Assembly: GCA_017543445.1 (NCBI GenBank) | Contig: JAFYGB010000026.1 | Coordinates: 5,366 to 69,365 of the forward strand | Reading direction: 5' to 3' | DNA length: 64,000 nucleotides | From: Lachnospiraceae bacterium | GTDB taxonomy: Bacteria; Bacillota; Clostridia; Lachnospirales; Lachnospiraceae | Shown here: piece by piece, positions 17,039 through 27,300 of the stretch | How the letters are laid out: every line of letters begins with the position of its first letter | Position numbering within the stretch: the stretch's first letter is position 1 | Translations under genes and position numbers: made by a program | Notes under the pieces: generated by a model | What the model was told of the DNA's origin: nothing | Seen by the model: only the letters and a program-made list of their open reading frames with translations | Database searches by the model: none

Positions 17039-20023
17039 CTAGAAATGTCTTGCCTTCAAGATCAGCCAGCCGTCCTTATTGAACTTGCGGCCGAACGCGC
17101 TCGCGAAGAGGTTTTTCACCGTGAAGCGGTCCGCTTCGTGCTCAGCGTCATCCACGATCTCCTTCAGCAAAGTCTCGAAGACGATCTCGTCGTGGTCAAT
17201 GCGATCCTGCAGATATTCTTTGATCAGGTACTCCGCGTTAGGCGCGATCACACACTCCAGCGCCTCCGCATATTCTTTCATGAATTCGAACCACTCGTCC
17301 GCGGTCTTCTCCTCGTACTCATAACGAAGCACGAAGATCAGGCCCAGTTCCGGGCGGCGTGCGAACAGTTTGCGCAGGCCTTCGGCGCTGTCGATGATAA
17401 CGACGATCGCATTCTCATAATGCTTGCGGAACTGGAGGAGTTCATTGACCAGTTCCTCGGAAAGCTGGCCCGCATGCTCGATCACGAGAAGTACGTCCTC
17501 CAGACGCTCTTCCTGTACCAGCAGGCCGTTTTCGTTGAGTTTCTCCGCCGTTGTGCGCGCCAGTTTCGACGGACGCTCGCTCTCCTTCGGCAGACGCTTC
17601 AGAAGCTCGATGGCGTACGCCAGGCCCTTCTGCTCGTTGTCGCAAGTGATCGCGAAACATACCTCGTCGGCGGCACTGTCTTTCGTTTTAGCTGCGTCGT
17701 CAACACTGATTTCGCCGAGCTGGCTGCGTACAGCCTGTGCGACCGGCGTCTCGGGTTCTTCCTCGGCAAATGTCGGTTCCGGTTCGACTGTCGGTTCGAC
17801 CGCTTCCTCGTCTTCCGTTACCTCGGTGGCTTCGACCGTAGCTACGGCAGCTGTCGGGATCTCCTGACCCTGCTCACGCAACTCGATCATCTCCTCGAGG
17901 GCCGCCTGCTCCATCACATTCTGGTAGGTCTCCTCGAAGGCCGCCTCGTCGATGTCGCCTTCAAATACGTTAGTATAGGTCTCATCGGATGCCGGCATCT
18001 CCGGTCCGGGAATATGGATCGGTCCGACCTCCTGCTCGATCTCCTGCAGTTCGAGCGTGCGGTTCAGGTTCTTCGAAACCTCCGCCAGGATGTCTTCGTC
18101 TTGTGCTTTATCGAAATCAACTTCAGGCTCCTCCTGAAGCGCTTCTGCGTCTTTTACATAGGTCGCGTCGAAGTTTTCGAGTGCTTCTTCTGTGTCCGTT
18201 GTCTCCGAAATCTGTGCGGTCTCCTGCGGCTCGGCTTCGATCTGCTCCGTCGTCTCGGCTTCGATCTGCTCCGTCGTCTCGGCTTCGATCTGCTCCGTCG
18301 CCTCCGCAACGTCGCCAATGGTCTCCTCTACCGAGTTCTCAACCTCGCGAACCGTGTCTTCCACGGCCTCCGAAACCTCGGCTGCCGGTGCCTCTTCACG
18401 ACGGCCTACCATGTTCAGCAACGCCTGCTTCTGCGCCTTCGTTAAGAAGCCGGTATCTTCTTTTTTGCGGTTATCCGCAAACATGCTCCGAACGCTGTCA
18501 TTGACCTCGGATACGGTCTCAGCCACTGCATCCGTCGTTTCTTCGATCGCCTCTTCTGCGACTTCTTCCACTTCGGTCGCCGCCTCGGCCGTCTCCTGCG
18601 CAGCTTCTTCCACCGCTTCGGCTGCCTGAAGCGTCTCTTCAACCGCCTCTGCTTCCGCCTGCTGTGCAACTGCCTCTGCAACATCGGCCGCTGCCTCGAG
18701 GGTCTGCTCTGCCGCTTCTTCTACTTCTGCCGCCGCCTCGGCGGTCTCCTGTGCTGCCTCAGCAACCGTCTCGGCTGCCTGCGCGGTCTCTTCAACTACG
18801 GAAGCAGCTTCTTCCGCTTCCTGCTCCAGTACATCTTCATCGTAGCGTACGCGCACCTGTGTGCCGCGCATGAAATCGGAAAGTGTATCTTCCAGATCCC
18901 TCTCCGCACGTTTCTTCGTGTCATTTCCATTCGACAGGATGTTGGTGATGTTCGAAGCAAGGTTCGACTGCTCATCCTCCATCATCGTCGTCAGCTTATG
19001 TTCCTGAACTTCCGGAGTATTCGACGTCAGGATCGCTTCTTCCTTCAATGCGATCTCCAACAGACGTTTACGCCGCTCTTCGGCCGCATCGTAAGCCGCC
19101 TGCTGTGCAGCTGCCCGTTCGGCCTCTGCAGCTTCCTGTGCTTCGCGCTCCGCGGCTGCCTGCGCATCCTCCGGCGTCCACTCCATCGGCGTTCCCTGCG
19201 CGGCCGCTGCCATCGCCTCTGCCTCTTTCGTCGGAAGCTTCGGACTCCATTCTTCCTGCGCTACCGGCTCCTCCTTCGGTGTGTCCACGATGCCCAGTTT
19301 CTCCGCACGCTTGCGTTCCTTCTCCAGCATGCGCTCGACATTCTCGCGCTCTGCCTCCTCTTCCTGCAGGCGCATCGCCTCCTGCTCCTCGTGGTACTTC
19401 TGCAGGTACTCCTCGCGATGGTCGTACTTCTCCTGCTGGAACTTATCCAGCGGCGCGTACTGCTGCTTCAGCTCCATCGCCTCGATAACATACTCACCAT
19501 TACAGAACAGGAAAATGATCTCATCACACAGTTTCACGCAGTCCGGAACACGACCGGCCTCAGCGTACAACTGCGCCAGACGTAGCTTCCACTCCTCACT
19601 CATTTCGGAGGCAGTGTATCTCTCCAAAAGGGCAATGCGGCGCTCCACGGATACATTGCCCGCGGCCTCATCCACCTTATATCGCATCAAATAGTACTCG
19701 GTATCCCGCGGAGCCAGATCGTGGAACTCCTCACAATACTCTGCCGCGTTCCGGTAGTTTTTCGCCAGGATGGCGACCTCTACCAGACGCTTCAGGATGA
19801 GGCGTCCCGGATGTGCGTAATCGTAAGCCTGCAAAAGCAGGTCGATCGCATCGTCATATTCACCGCTCATTACGTAAAGCTCGGCAACCTCCGACAGCAG
19901 GCGGGGATTTTTTTCCTTTCCCCATTTCATCCCGTCCGCGATCTTTTTTGCCGTATCATACTCTTTCAGCAGGATCAGTTTTCGTATCTGCTCCGTTTTG
20001 ATTTCGTACTCGTACTTGTCCAC
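17039..20023 (-). CDS. 994-aa protein: N-terminal TPR repeats, ~550-aa Glu/Ala-rich acidic core, C-terminal globular domain
   Basis: TPR-like helices span aa 1-200. There is a long EAxxEAxx low-complexity stretch including ETTEQIEA x3. I do not recognise the ~230-aa C-terminal domain. Confidence 0.7.
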   Translation of the reverse strand: MDKYEYEIKTEQIRKLILLKEYDTAKKIADGMKWGKEKNPRLLSEVAELYVMSGEYDDAIDLLLQAYDYAHPGRLILKRLVEVAILAKNYRNAAEYCEEFHDLAPRDTEYYLMRYKVDEAAGNVSVERRIALLERYTASEMSEEWKLRLAQLYAEAGRVPDCVKLCDEIIFLFCNGEYVIEAMELKQQYAPLDKFQQEKYDHREEYLQKYHEEQEAMRLQEEEAERENVERMLEKERKRAEKLGIVDTPKEEPVAQEEWSPKLPTKEAEAMAAAAQGTPMEWTPEDAQAAAEREAQEAAEAERAAAQQAAYDAAEERRKRLLEIALKEEAILTSNTPEVQEHKLTTMMEDEQSNLASNITNILSNGNDTKKRAERDLEDTLSDFMRGTQVRVRYDEDVLEQEAEEAASVVEETAQAAETVAEAAQETAEAAAEVEEAAEQTLEAAADVAEAVAQQAEAEAVEETLQAAEAVEEAAQETAEAATEVEEVAEEAIEETTDAVAETVSEVNDSVRSMFADNRKKEDTGFLTKAQKQALLNMVGRREEAPAAEVSEAVEDTVREVENSVEETIGDVAEATEQIEAETTEQIEAETTEQIEAEPQETAQISETTDTEEALENFDATYVKDAEALQEEPEVDFDKAQDEDILAEVSKNLNRTLELQEIEQEVGPIHIPGPEMPASDETYTNVFEGDIDEAAFEETYQNVMEQAALEEMIELREQGQEIPTAAVATVEATEVTEDEEAVEPTVEPEPTFAEEEPETPVAQAVRSQLGEISVDDAAKTKDSAADEVCFAITCDNEQKGLAYAIELLKRLPKESERPSKLARTTAEKLNENGLLVQEERLEDVLLVIEHAGQLSEELVNELLQFRKHYENAIVVIIDSAEGLRKLFARRPELGLIFVLRYEYEEKTADEWFEFMKEYAEALECVIAPNAEYLIKEYLQDRIDHDEIVFETLLKEIVDDAEHEADRFTVKNLFASAFGRKFNKDGWLILKARHF
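18230..18301 (-). repeat. 3 x 24-nt perfect/near-perfect tandem repeat inside the 994-aa CDS
   Basis: ctcggcttcgatctgctccgtcgt x3 (last base of unit 3 differs). It encodes (ETTEQIEA)3. Confidence 0.9.
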
Positions 20024-20037
20024 AGTTACACCTCTTG

Positions 20038-20637
20038 TTAAATTTCCCTTCGGCCCTCCAGTGCACGAAGGAGCGTCACCTCATCGATGTATTCCAGGTC
20101 ACCGCCGACCGGCACACCGCTCGCGATCCTGGTACAACGCACATCCCCGACGGCGCGCACGTAGTTCTTCACCATCATCGCCGTCGCCTCACCTTCCACG
20201 CTGGAATTCGTCGCCAGAATGACTTCCTTCACACTGCCGTCCAAACGGGAAATGAGTTCCTTAAGTTTTATATCATTCGGTCCGATATGCAAGGCCGGCG
20301 AGATCGCGCCGTGCAGCACGTGATATACACCATTGTACTGGCCGACACGCTCGTACGCTACCATGTCCTGCGTCGACTCCACCACCATCACGGTGGAATG
20401 GTCCCGCTTCGGATTGCCGCAGATCGGGCACTCCTCGCTGTCCGTCAGGCACAGGCACGTCTTACAATACCGAATGTTCTTCCGCGCATCGAGAATCGTC
20501 GAGGTCAGTTTCTCGACGCGGTCGACCGGAAGATTGATCAGGTAGAACGCCATGCGCTGCGCGGACTTCTTCCCGATGCCGGGCAGCCTCGACAGTTCAC
20601 TGATCAGATTCGTCAATTCATCACTGAAATATTCCAC
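20038..20637 (-). CDS. recR: Recombination protein RecR
   Basis: LSRLPGIGKKSAQRMAFYL (HhH), a CxxC..CxxC zinc finger and a Toprim region. The GTG at 20637 gives the canonical N-terminus (M)EYFSDEL and follows a ggggag RBS, 3 nt after the upstream stop. Confidence 0.85.
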   Translation of the reverse strand: MEYFSDELTNLISELSRLPGIGKKSAQRMAFYLINLPVDRVEKLTSTILDARKNIRYCKTCLCLTDSEECPICGNPKRDHSTVMVVESTQDMVAYERVGQYNGVYHVLHGAISPALHIGPNDIKLKELISRLDGSVKEVILATNSSVEGEATAMMVKNYVRAVGDVRCTRIASGVPVGGDLEYIDEVTLLRALEGRREI

Positions 20638-20639
20638 AA

Positions 20640-22064
20640 TTACTCCCCGCCGCAAATGGCGTAGATCGCAAGCGCAAATGTCACGCTTCCTTTTAGCAGA
20701 TCCTCCACCGCGACGTGTTCATCATCGCCGTGCAGGTTCGTTTCATCTTCGTCTTCCACGCAGCCGAAGGCCACGCCGTTTTCGACTTCATGTACATAGG
20801 TGCCGCCGCCCATGGCGATGGGCTTGCTTCCCTCGCGTCCGAACACATCCTCGTAACAAGCGATCAGTGTCTTCACGAACTGCGAGTCCGCCGGCACATA
20901 ATGGGTCTCGGAATACCGCTCCACGTCGAATGTGCATCCGCAGGTTTCGGCAACGCTTTCCAGCGTTCCGACGGTATTCTCCCGCGTCGATCCGAGCGCC
21001 ATGCGGCTGTCGATCGTAAGCTGCAGGCTTCCTTCCGTCAGTTCCAGAATGTCGGGACTTACCGTTGTCGGCCCAGTCACTTCATGGTCGCGGGCAATGC
21101 CTAACGCCTGCCCGGCATGGTCCCCGTGCACCAGCACTTCAGAGAGCGCCAGCAACGCCTTCGTCGCAGTGTCGTCCGTCGCGGCAAATGATCCCTTCAC
21201 GTCGTGCAGCAGTTTCAGCATGGCCGTGAGCGCATTCACCCCGAGTTCCGGCGTCGACGCATGCGCACTCTTACCTTTAACAGTCACGCGCAGGCTGTCT
21301 GCAAAGGTCTCGATCGTGACCTTCACCGGAAGTTCGCGGGCCAGGTTCTTCGCGGCCGCAGCGAGGATCTTTTGATCCACATTAGCTACCCGCATCATCG
21401 CCGTGTCCGGAACGACGTTGAACTTCACGCCGGACTGCGCCTCGGTGATGCAAGGCTTCGCTCCCGATTTCGGTTCGGTTTTGCACACGAATGCGGCGAC
21501 CAGATGACCCTTTTCCACATTTACCACCGGGAAACAAGCGTCCGGGGAAAATGTGCAAGGCGCCGCCGCTTCTTTTTTGTAATAATACTCAATATCCGAG
21601 CTTCCGCACTCCTCGTCGCAGCCCAGAATGAGGCGAACGTTCTTCGTAAGTGGAACGCCCAGCTCCTTCAGTGCGCGCATGGCGTAAAGCGCCGCCATCG
21701 CGGGACCTTTATCATCCGCCGTGCCGCGTCCGTAGAGTTTGCCGTCTTTCTCGACCGGCTCGAAGGGCTGCGTCACCGTGAAGCCCGGCGTCGCCGGAAC
21801 CACGTCCAGATGCGCCAATATGTCGAGTCCGCGCGGGGCGTCCTGCATGTCGATGCTGCCCACGTAGTTTTCGTGGTTCTGCGTCGAAAAGCCGTAGCCT
21901 TCCGCCTTCGAAAGCGCGAGCGCCAGTGCCTGCGCGGGGCCCTCGCCAAACGGCATGCCCTCTTTCGCCGGCATCTTCTCACTGTCGATCCTGACCAGAT
22001 CGAATATGTCGCGGACCATCTCTTCGCGATGGTTTTCCAGCCAATTCCGGATTCGTTCTTTCAT
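20640..22064 (-). CDS. pepV: M20-family dipeptidase (PepV/Sapep-like)
   Basis: LDILAHLDVVPA and YGRGTADDKGPAMAALYA are M20 metal-binding motifs. The ATG at 22064 follows gggaga. Confidence 0.75.
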   Translation of the reverse strand: MKERIRNWLENHREEMVRDIFDLVRIDSEKMPAKEGMPFGEGPAQALALALSKAEGYGFSTQNHENYVGSIDMQDAPRGLDILAHLDVVPATPGFTVTQPFEPVEKDGKLYGRGTADDKGPAMAALYAMRALKELGVPLTKNVRLILGCDEECGSSDIEYYYKKEAAAPCTFSPDACFPVVNVEKGHLVAAFVCKTEPKSGAKPCITEAQSGVKFNVVPDTAMMRVANVDQKILAAAAKNLARELPVKVTIETFADSLRVTVKGKSAHASTPELGVNALTAMLKLLHDVKGSFAATDDTATKALLALSEVLVHGDHAGQALGIARDHEVTGPTTVSPDILELTEGSLQLTIDSRMALGSTRENTVGTLESVAETCGCTFDVERYSETHYVPADSQFVKTLIACYEDVFGREGSKPIAMGGGTYVHEVENGVAFGCVEDEDETNLHGDDEHVAVEDLLKGSVTFALAIYAICGGE

Positions 22065-22099
22065 CGTTTCTCCCAAAGAAAACCGTCGTTTACGGTTTC

Positions 22100-22471
22100 T
22101 TAGAACAGGCCGCTTAAGCCGCCCAGACCGCCCAGGTTGCCGCCGAAACCACCGGCCAGCTTATTGATGTTCTCCTGATTCTCGTCTTCCATCTTACGCA
22201 GTGCTTCATTTGCCGCTGCCACGATGAGATCCTGCAGCATCTCGATGTCGTCGGGATCTACTACTTCCGGAGCGAGGGTAACGGAAACTACTTCCTTCTT
22301 ACCGTTCACAACGACCTTCACTGCGCCGCCGCCTGCAGCTGCCTCGAATTCCTTCTTCTCGAACTCTTCCTGCTGCTCCTCCATCTGTCTCTGCATGCGC
22401 TGTGCCTGCTTCATCAGATTATTCATGTTGGACGGCATCATACCGCCGCCGTAACCGCCTTTTTTAGCCAT
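22100..22471 (-). CDS. ybaB: Nucleoid-associated protein YbaB/EbfC
   Basis: [22 protein letters not shown]... It sits immediately after dnaX, as is usual. Confidence 0.85.
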   Translation of the reverse strand: MAKKGGYGGGMMPSNMNNLMKQAQRMQRQMEEQQEEFEKKEFEAAAGGGAVKVVVNGKKEVVSVTLAPEVVDPDDIEMLQDLIVAAANEALRKMEDENQENINKLAGGFGGNLGGLGGLSGLF

Positions 22472-22503
22472 TTTAAAATCCTCCTGAAATGTTTGGATAC
22501 TAT

Positions 22504-24180
22504 TTAGACCCGGTTGATCGGGAAGTCAATATTCATGATACGAGTTGTGCCGTCGTCCGCTACGGCGCCGGCTGTGTGTCTGACCTCGAGTTCACTGCCC
22601 AGAACGAAGTTCTTTCCGACGATGCGGGCAATGTTCTTCTGAAGTTCTTCCAGTCGCGTCTGCGTCAGGATCCCGTAACTGCCCTTCTCGGAAAATACGA
22701 GTTTGAAGCCGTTCCGGTACTCCGGTTTCGCGAAATCGAGCGCGCCCCGAATCAGCGGAGAAGCCGTCCGCTTTATCTCGCTCCAGTTCTCCTGAAGCAA
22801 GGTAAGATCCGCTTCGGTGGCCCCGGGAAGTTTACTCGTATCCTGCGCTCCTTCCGCCTTCGTGTAAGAAGATGCGGGGCGCGGGGAACTTTCCGTTCCG
22901 GTCGGTGCGGGCTCAGCTGCGCGAGCGGTCGTCGCATCGGATTCGGTTGCGTTTCCTGCAACGTTCTGCATCGCCTGGGCAAGTGCTTGCGCATCCGCCG
23001 CGGACACACCATTTTTCATAAGATCGGCGACCATCTGCTCGAGCTTCGCGAGGCGCATCGACAGTGCCTGTCCGGTCTCGGCGCCCAGCATCTGCGGATA
23101 CATCAGCTTCAGGACGTCGACCTCCAGCACAGCGCGCTTCTGCGTCGCTAAGCGCAGGCGGTTTCCGGTCTCGGAAAAAACGCGAATGTAATTCATCAGC
23201 CGGTCCATGGTGAGGGACTGTGCCAGTTCCTCCAGCTTCGGCCGCCGCTCCGGCAGGATGCCGATCTCCTCATCGGAGACCACGCCGGTCTGCAGCATCA
23301 GCAGGTTTCGCATGAACCAGACAAAATCGGAAATAAACTGCCCCGGATCGCGGCCGGAGTAGCAAATATCATCGATCGTTTTCAACGCCCGCCGCGTCTC
23401 GCAGTCGCGGATCGCGGTCATCAAGTCAACGAAAACGTCAATATCGGAGGCACCGATGATCTCGAGCACCTGCTCGTAGGTGAGGCGCTCGCCATAATGG
23501 AACGAAACGCACTGCTCGAGGATCGATAGGGCGTCACGCATGGCGCCATCGCCCGCGCGGGCGATATAGCGTAGCGCGTTCTCCTCCGCTTCCACCCCTT
23601 CCTTCTGTGTGATGCTGACGAGCTGGTCGTAGATCGACTCGGTCGGGATGCGCTTAAAATCATAACGTTGGCAACGGGATAAAACCGTCACCGGAATTTT
23701 GTGGACTTCCGTCGTCGCCAAGATGAAGATCACATAAGACGGCGGTTCTTCCAAAGTCTTCAGCAACGCATTGTAGGCGCCTGCGGAGAGCATGTGGACC
23801 TCGTCGATGATGTAGACGCGGTACTTGCCTTCGGTCGGCGGGTACTTCACCTCTTCGCGGATCTCGCGGATATTATCCACGCCGTTGTTGGATGCGGCGT
23901 CGATCTCCACGACATTCATCGAGGTACCGTTTAAGATGCCCTGACAGGTCGGACACTCGTTGCAGCAGCTTCCATCCACGGGATGCTCGCAATTCACCGC
24001 GCGTGCGAAGATCTTTGCAATGGAGGTCTTACCGGTTCCGCGTGTTCCGCAGAACAGGTACGCATGGCCCACGCGTCCGCTCTTTATTTGATTTCGCAAT
24101 GTCGTGACCACCGCTTCCTGGCCGCGCACCTCGTCAAAGGTCTGCGGGCGGTGCTTACGATAGAACGCTGTGTAAGCCAT
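22504..24180 (-). CDS. dnaX: DNA polymerase III subunit gamma/tau
   Basis: [25 protein letters not shown] (Walker A), a C..C..C..C zinc module, and IIDEVHMLS. Confidence 0.9.
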   Translation of the reverse strand: MAYTAFYRKHRPQTFDEVRGQEAVVTTLRNQIKSGRVGHAYLFCGTRGTGKTSIAKIFARAVNCEHPVDGSCCNECPTCQGILNGTSMNVVEIDAASNNGVDNIREIREEVKYPPTEGKYRVYIIDEVHMLSAGAYNALLKTLEEPPSYVIFILATTEVHKIPVTVLSRCQRYDFKRIPTESIYDQLVSITQKEGVEAEENALRYIARAGDGAMRDALSILEQCVSFHYGERLTYEQVLEIIGASDIDVFVDLMTAIRDCETRRALKTIDDICYSGRDPGQFISDFVWFMRNLLMLQTGVVSDEEIGILPERRPKLEELAQSLTMDRLMNYIRVFSETGNRLRLATQKRAVLEVDVLKLMYPQMLGAETGQALSMRLAKLEQMVADLMKNGVSAADAQALAQAMQNVAGNATESDATTARAAEPAPTGTESSPRPASSYTKAEGAQDTSKLPGATEADLTLLQENWSEIKRTASPLIRGALDFAKPEYRNGFKLVFSEKGSYGILTQTRLEELQKNIARIVGKNFVLGSELEVRHTAGAVADDGTTRIMNIDFPINRV

Positions 24181-24204
24181 TCGTTCTCCTCTTTAATCGA
24201 AATA

Positions 24205-25284
24205 TTAGTCGCCGAAGCAGATGCCCATCGCTTTCGCTTCGCGGATCATGCTGCAATCGGGCTCGATCACTTTGAGTTTTCCTGCGATCTCGGACAGCGG
24301 TACCGGAGTGGTCTCACCATTGACCATGCAGACCAGATGTCCGAAGTTCTTCTTCAGGATCAGTTCGCCTGCAGCTGCGCCGAGTCTCGATGAAAGCACA
24401 CGGTCATAAGCGCAAGGTGCGCCGCCACGCTGCATGTGGCCCGGAACCGTCACGCGGACTTCCTGTCCGCCGTGCTCTAAGATCGCCGCGGATACTTCGT
24501 AAGCGACCGAAGGATATTTCGCCGCGCGGGCGGCCAGTTCGGCTTTCTTCTCCTTCTTCGGGAGATCAGCGACCTCCTTACTGATGGCGCCCTCAGCGAC
24601 TGCCACGATGGAGAAGCCCTTACCCGCCTTCGTGCGCTCCTTCAGAGCACCGATGACCTTATCGATATCGTACGGGATCTCGGGGATCAGGATGATGTCC
24701 GCCCCGCTGGCCATGCCGGCGTACAGGGTCAGCCAGCCGACCTTATGTCCCATGACTTCAACTACAAAAACACGTCCGTGGGAGGCCGCGGTGGTGTGGA
24801 TCATATCGATCGCATTCGTCGCGACGTCGATGGCGCTCTGGAAACCGAAAGTCACGTCCGTGCCCCAGACATCGTTGTCGATGGTCTTCGGAAGGCCGAT
24901 GACGTTCAGCCCTTCATTCGAGAGCAGGTTCGCGGTCTTCAAGGAACCATTGCCCCCGAGAACGACCAGCGCATCTAAGTTCAGGTCGCGGTAGGTCTTC
25001 TTCATGGCCTCGACTTTATTAAGGCCGTTCTCATCCGGCTCATTGATCAACTTAAACGGGGTTCGGGACGTACCCAGAATGGTTCCGCCGATGGTCAGGA
25101 TGCCTGAAAAATCCGAGGGCTTCATCTTGCGGAAATTCCCGTACATCAGGCCGCGATAGCCTTCCAGAAATCCGTAGATCTCAACCTTCTCCTTCGACTG
25201 ATACAATGTCTTCGCCACGCCTCGCATGGTCGCGTTCAGCGCCTGGCAATCGCCTCCGCTGGTCAACATTCCGACTCTCAACAT
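24205..25284 (-). CDS. pfkA: 6-phosphofructokinase
   Basis: MLRVGMLTSGGDCQALNA, GGNGS, PKTIDND, MGH, MQRGG. The start at 25284 follows a gtgagg RBS. Confidence 0.85.
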   Translation of the reverse strand: MLRVGMLTSGGDCQALNATMRGVAKTLYQSKEKVEIYGFLEGYRGLMYGNFRKMKPSDFSGILTIGGTILGTSRTPFKLINEPDENGLNKVEAMKKTYRDLNLDALVVLGGNGSLKTANLLSNEGLNVIGLPKTIDNDVWGTDVTFGFQSAIDVATNAIDMIHTTAASHGRVFVVEVMGHKVGWLTLYAGMASGADIILIPEIPYDIDKVIGALKERTKAGKGFSIVAVAEGAISKEVADLPKKEKKAELAARAAKYPSVAYEVSAAILEHGGQEVRVTVPGHMQRGGAPCAYDRVLSSRLGAAAGELILKKNFGHLVCMVNGETTPVPLSEIAGKLKVIEPDCSMIREAKAMGICFGD

Positions 25285-25522
25285 ACATTGCCTCACTTTC
25301 TCTGCATTTGCAGGCATACTTACGTTTAAGTATACCACATAATCGCGGGAAAAACAATGTAGATTTCGTAAAGCAAGAACTAGTACTGGCCTGGCATATC
25401 CGTGAAATATCCCATGAATGGAAAGATAGATTATGTCCAGCGCACACTTGCCTATTTGTCAATCGGATTCCCGTGTATATTGTGTTTAAATGCCATTTTT
25501 GCTCTACAAGTCGAAAAACCTC

Positions 25523-25551
25523 TTGACTTTATGACAATCATGTGCTATGCT
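25523..25551 (+). promoter_or_regulatory. Candidate promoter of the XRE/ImmA pair
   Basis: TTGACT, 17-nt spacer, TATGCT. A direct ACTCTAGG repeat (25567, 25596) lies downstream. Confidence 0.45.
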
Positions 25552-25613
25552 AAGTACCAGGAAGAGAACTCTAGGCCCATATTATACTTTAGATACTCTA
25601 GGAGGAATAACCT

Positions 25614-25949
25614 ATGGAAAGAACCTTAACCTATCGAATCAGGGAAATGCTAAACGAAAAGAAGATCAACCAAAAGCAGTTATCTGAAATGACTGGTCTT
25701 ACCGAATCCGCCATTTCCCGTTACGTTAATGGAGACCGAATTCCGAGAGGCGCGAACTTAATGAAAATCGCTAAAGCCTTAGGAACCACCGCAGACGATC
25801 TTCTCAGTGGGGACAAAGAAATGAACAAAGAAAACGACCTGGTGTTTGCCAAATCATTAATCGCACGTAATGCGTCACAGATGACCCAGGAGGAAAAAAT
25901 GGAGTTTATCTGGTTATTACTAAGCAACGGGGGCGATGATGAAACTTAA
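25614..25949 (+). CDS. XRE-family helix-turn-helix regulator
   Basis: QKQLSEMTGLTESAISRYVNGDRIPRGANLMKIAKALGTTADDLL (HTH_3). Confidence 0.85.
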   Translation: MERTLTYRIREMLNEKKINQKQLSEMTGLTESAISRYVNGDRIPRGANLMKIAKALGTTADDLLSGDKEMNKENDLVFAKSLIARNASQMTQEEKMEFIWLLLSNGGDDET

Positions 25950-26493
25950 TTCAGAAACCTATGAATATATAAAACGGGCCGTAGCAGATATATTTGAAGA
26001 TTACGGGATTCACGAAATCCCCCTTGACCCTTTTGAATTGGCTAACAAAATGGGGATCTCCATCATTCCTTACTCTAGCCTTGATGGGAAAGCAAAGGCG
26101 GAAGCCCTTCGATATAGTTCCGATGGTTTTTCTGTGGAAACAATTGACAATACATGGCTTATTTACTATAACGACGACTCTCTCGATATCCCTAGAATTC
26201 ATCAGACCATTATGCATGAAATCGGGCACTATATTCTCGGGCACACCTGCGAAGGGCCAGTCGAAGAGGCTGAAGCAAAGTTTTTTGCCAAATATGCTCT
26301 CGCCCCTCCACCTCTTATCCACACATTGACAGAAGAAAAAAGCGTGGAAAATATAATGGCAACTTTTAAAATAGGATTTCAAGCCGCATCTATAGCCAAT
26401 GAAAACTACGATAAGTGGCTCTCTTATGGTCCTGCCAGTTACACAGATTATGAGCAGAAGATATTGATGCAGCTAGGAATAGAAGCAGAATAA
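25936..26493 (+). CDS. ImmA/IrrE-family zinc metallopeptidase
   Basis: HEIGHYILGH (HExxH) lies in a ~185-aa protein. It overlaps the XRE gene by 14 nt, which is the classic ImmR/ImmA-type pairing. Confidence 0.8.
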   Translation: MMKLNSETYEYIKRAVADIFEDYGIHEIPLDPFELANKMGISIIPYSSLDGKAKAEALRYSSDGFSVETIDNTWLIYYNDDSLDIPRIHQTIMHEIGHYILGHTCEGPVEEAEAKFFAKYALAPPPLIHTLTEEKSVENIMATFKIGFQAASIANENYDKWLSYGPASYTDYEQKILMQLGIEAE

Positions 26494-26553
26494 ATGAAAG
26501 GATGTGGTTGTATTGTTTGTATATGATTAGTTAATCAACTGTACCACACAAGG

Positions 26554-26617
26554 CTGTTACTACCAATAACAGTTTTCAAAACATCTGAGGATTCGAATGC
26601 CTTCCAAACATGTAAAT
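26554..26617 (+). repeat. Cassette-boundary repeat, copy 1 (hairpin with CTACCAA loop + T-run + CGAATGCCYTCCAAACATGYAA box)
   Basis: ctgtta CTACCAA taacag ttttca...CGAATGCCtTCCAAACATGtAAat. See copy 2 at 28006-28075. Confidence 0.7.
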
Positions 26618-26675
26618 CAAATGGCTCTCGTATCCTCATACAAATCAAATTCGAGGTCAAAGGAGGGCCTCTATT

Positions 26676-27299
26676 ATGACAAGTTCATTTTTTCGAACAA
26701 ATCCTCTGTTTTTACGCAATGCGTACGAAACAGCAGGTCGGTGGCAATTACCGCTGGTACGCAAGCAAAAGATCGATCTTGATAAATTGGATTTGATTTC
26801 TATATCAGACACCCGATATCATGATAACTCAATTAATAGGAGAAAAGGAGTGCATTTCTTCGTAGATGATTACAAATTTGAATCCATGTATAGGTCACCC
26901 GAAAGAGCACTTTCCCGTCTCTCACAATATGCTTTCGCCTGTACGCCAGACTTTTCAACTTATTCCGATATGAATTATTGGAGGCAATTAGAAAGCGTAG
27001 CTCACAGCCGGTGGTGCGGTGCTTTTTGGCAAAGCCAGGGCTTACTTGTCGTCCCAACTATAACTTGGAGTATGCCAGATTCATTCGACTTTTGTTTTGA
27101 CGCTGTCGAACGCGGGTCTATCGTGGCCATAGGAATGATCGGATGCAAAAGGAGTAAGCAGGAATTTCTTCTTGGTTACGACAACATGCTTAATGCTATC
27201 GATCCCATGGCAATTATATGCTTCGGGACTCCTTTCACTGAAATGAAAGGCCCCCTTTATGTCGTTGATTATTTGTCCAGCAGAAAGGTGGTGAGATAA
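26676..27299 (+). CDS. DUF4417-like protein (uncharacterised phage/mobile-element-associated family)
   Basis: VHFFVDDYKFE...PDFS.Y.DM...SRW.GAFWQ..G..V.PT.TWS...FDFCFD....GS.VA matches my memory of the DUF4417 signature. A strong aggaggg RBS is present. Confidence 0.55.
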   Translation: MTSSFFRTNPLFLRNAYETAGRWQLPLVRKQKIDLDKLDLISISDTRYHDNSINRRKGVHFFVDDYKFESMYRSPERALSRLSQYAFACTPDFSTYSDMNYWRQLESVAHSRWCGAFWQSQGLLVVPTITWSMPDSFDFCFDAVERGSIVAIGMIGCKRSKQEFLLGYDNMLNAIDPMAIICFGTPFTEMKGPLYVVDYLSSRKVVR

Positions 27300-27300
27300 T

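Noticed and set aside
18230-18301. A possible CRISPR-like or regulatory tandem repeat.
   Set aside because: The units are directly adjacent with no spacers and lie in frame inside a long CDS, encoding an ETTEQIEA peptide repeat. No CRISPR array or cas gene is visible anywhere in the window.
22504-24180. A programmed -1 frameshift site in dnaX, as in E. coli (A AAA AAG).
   Set aside because: I found no A-AAA-AAG-type slippery heptamer in the coding strand of this dnaX.
26494-26526. A mini-ORF, MKGCGCIVCI (10 aa), starting directly at the ImmA stop codon. I considered it as a possible Cys-rich peptide or RiPP precursor.
   Set aside because: It is too short and has only a weak RBS (aggaa). No maturation enzyme genes are nearby, so it cannot be distinguished from chance.
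26597-26782. A 61-aa ORF starting MPSKH, and a 26-aa ORF at 28053 that also starts MPSKH.
   Set aside because: The common N-terminus is created by the conserved CGAATGCCYTCCAAACATG box of the boundary repeat. The first ORF overlaps the well-supported DUF4417-like gene out of frame, and neither has an RBS.
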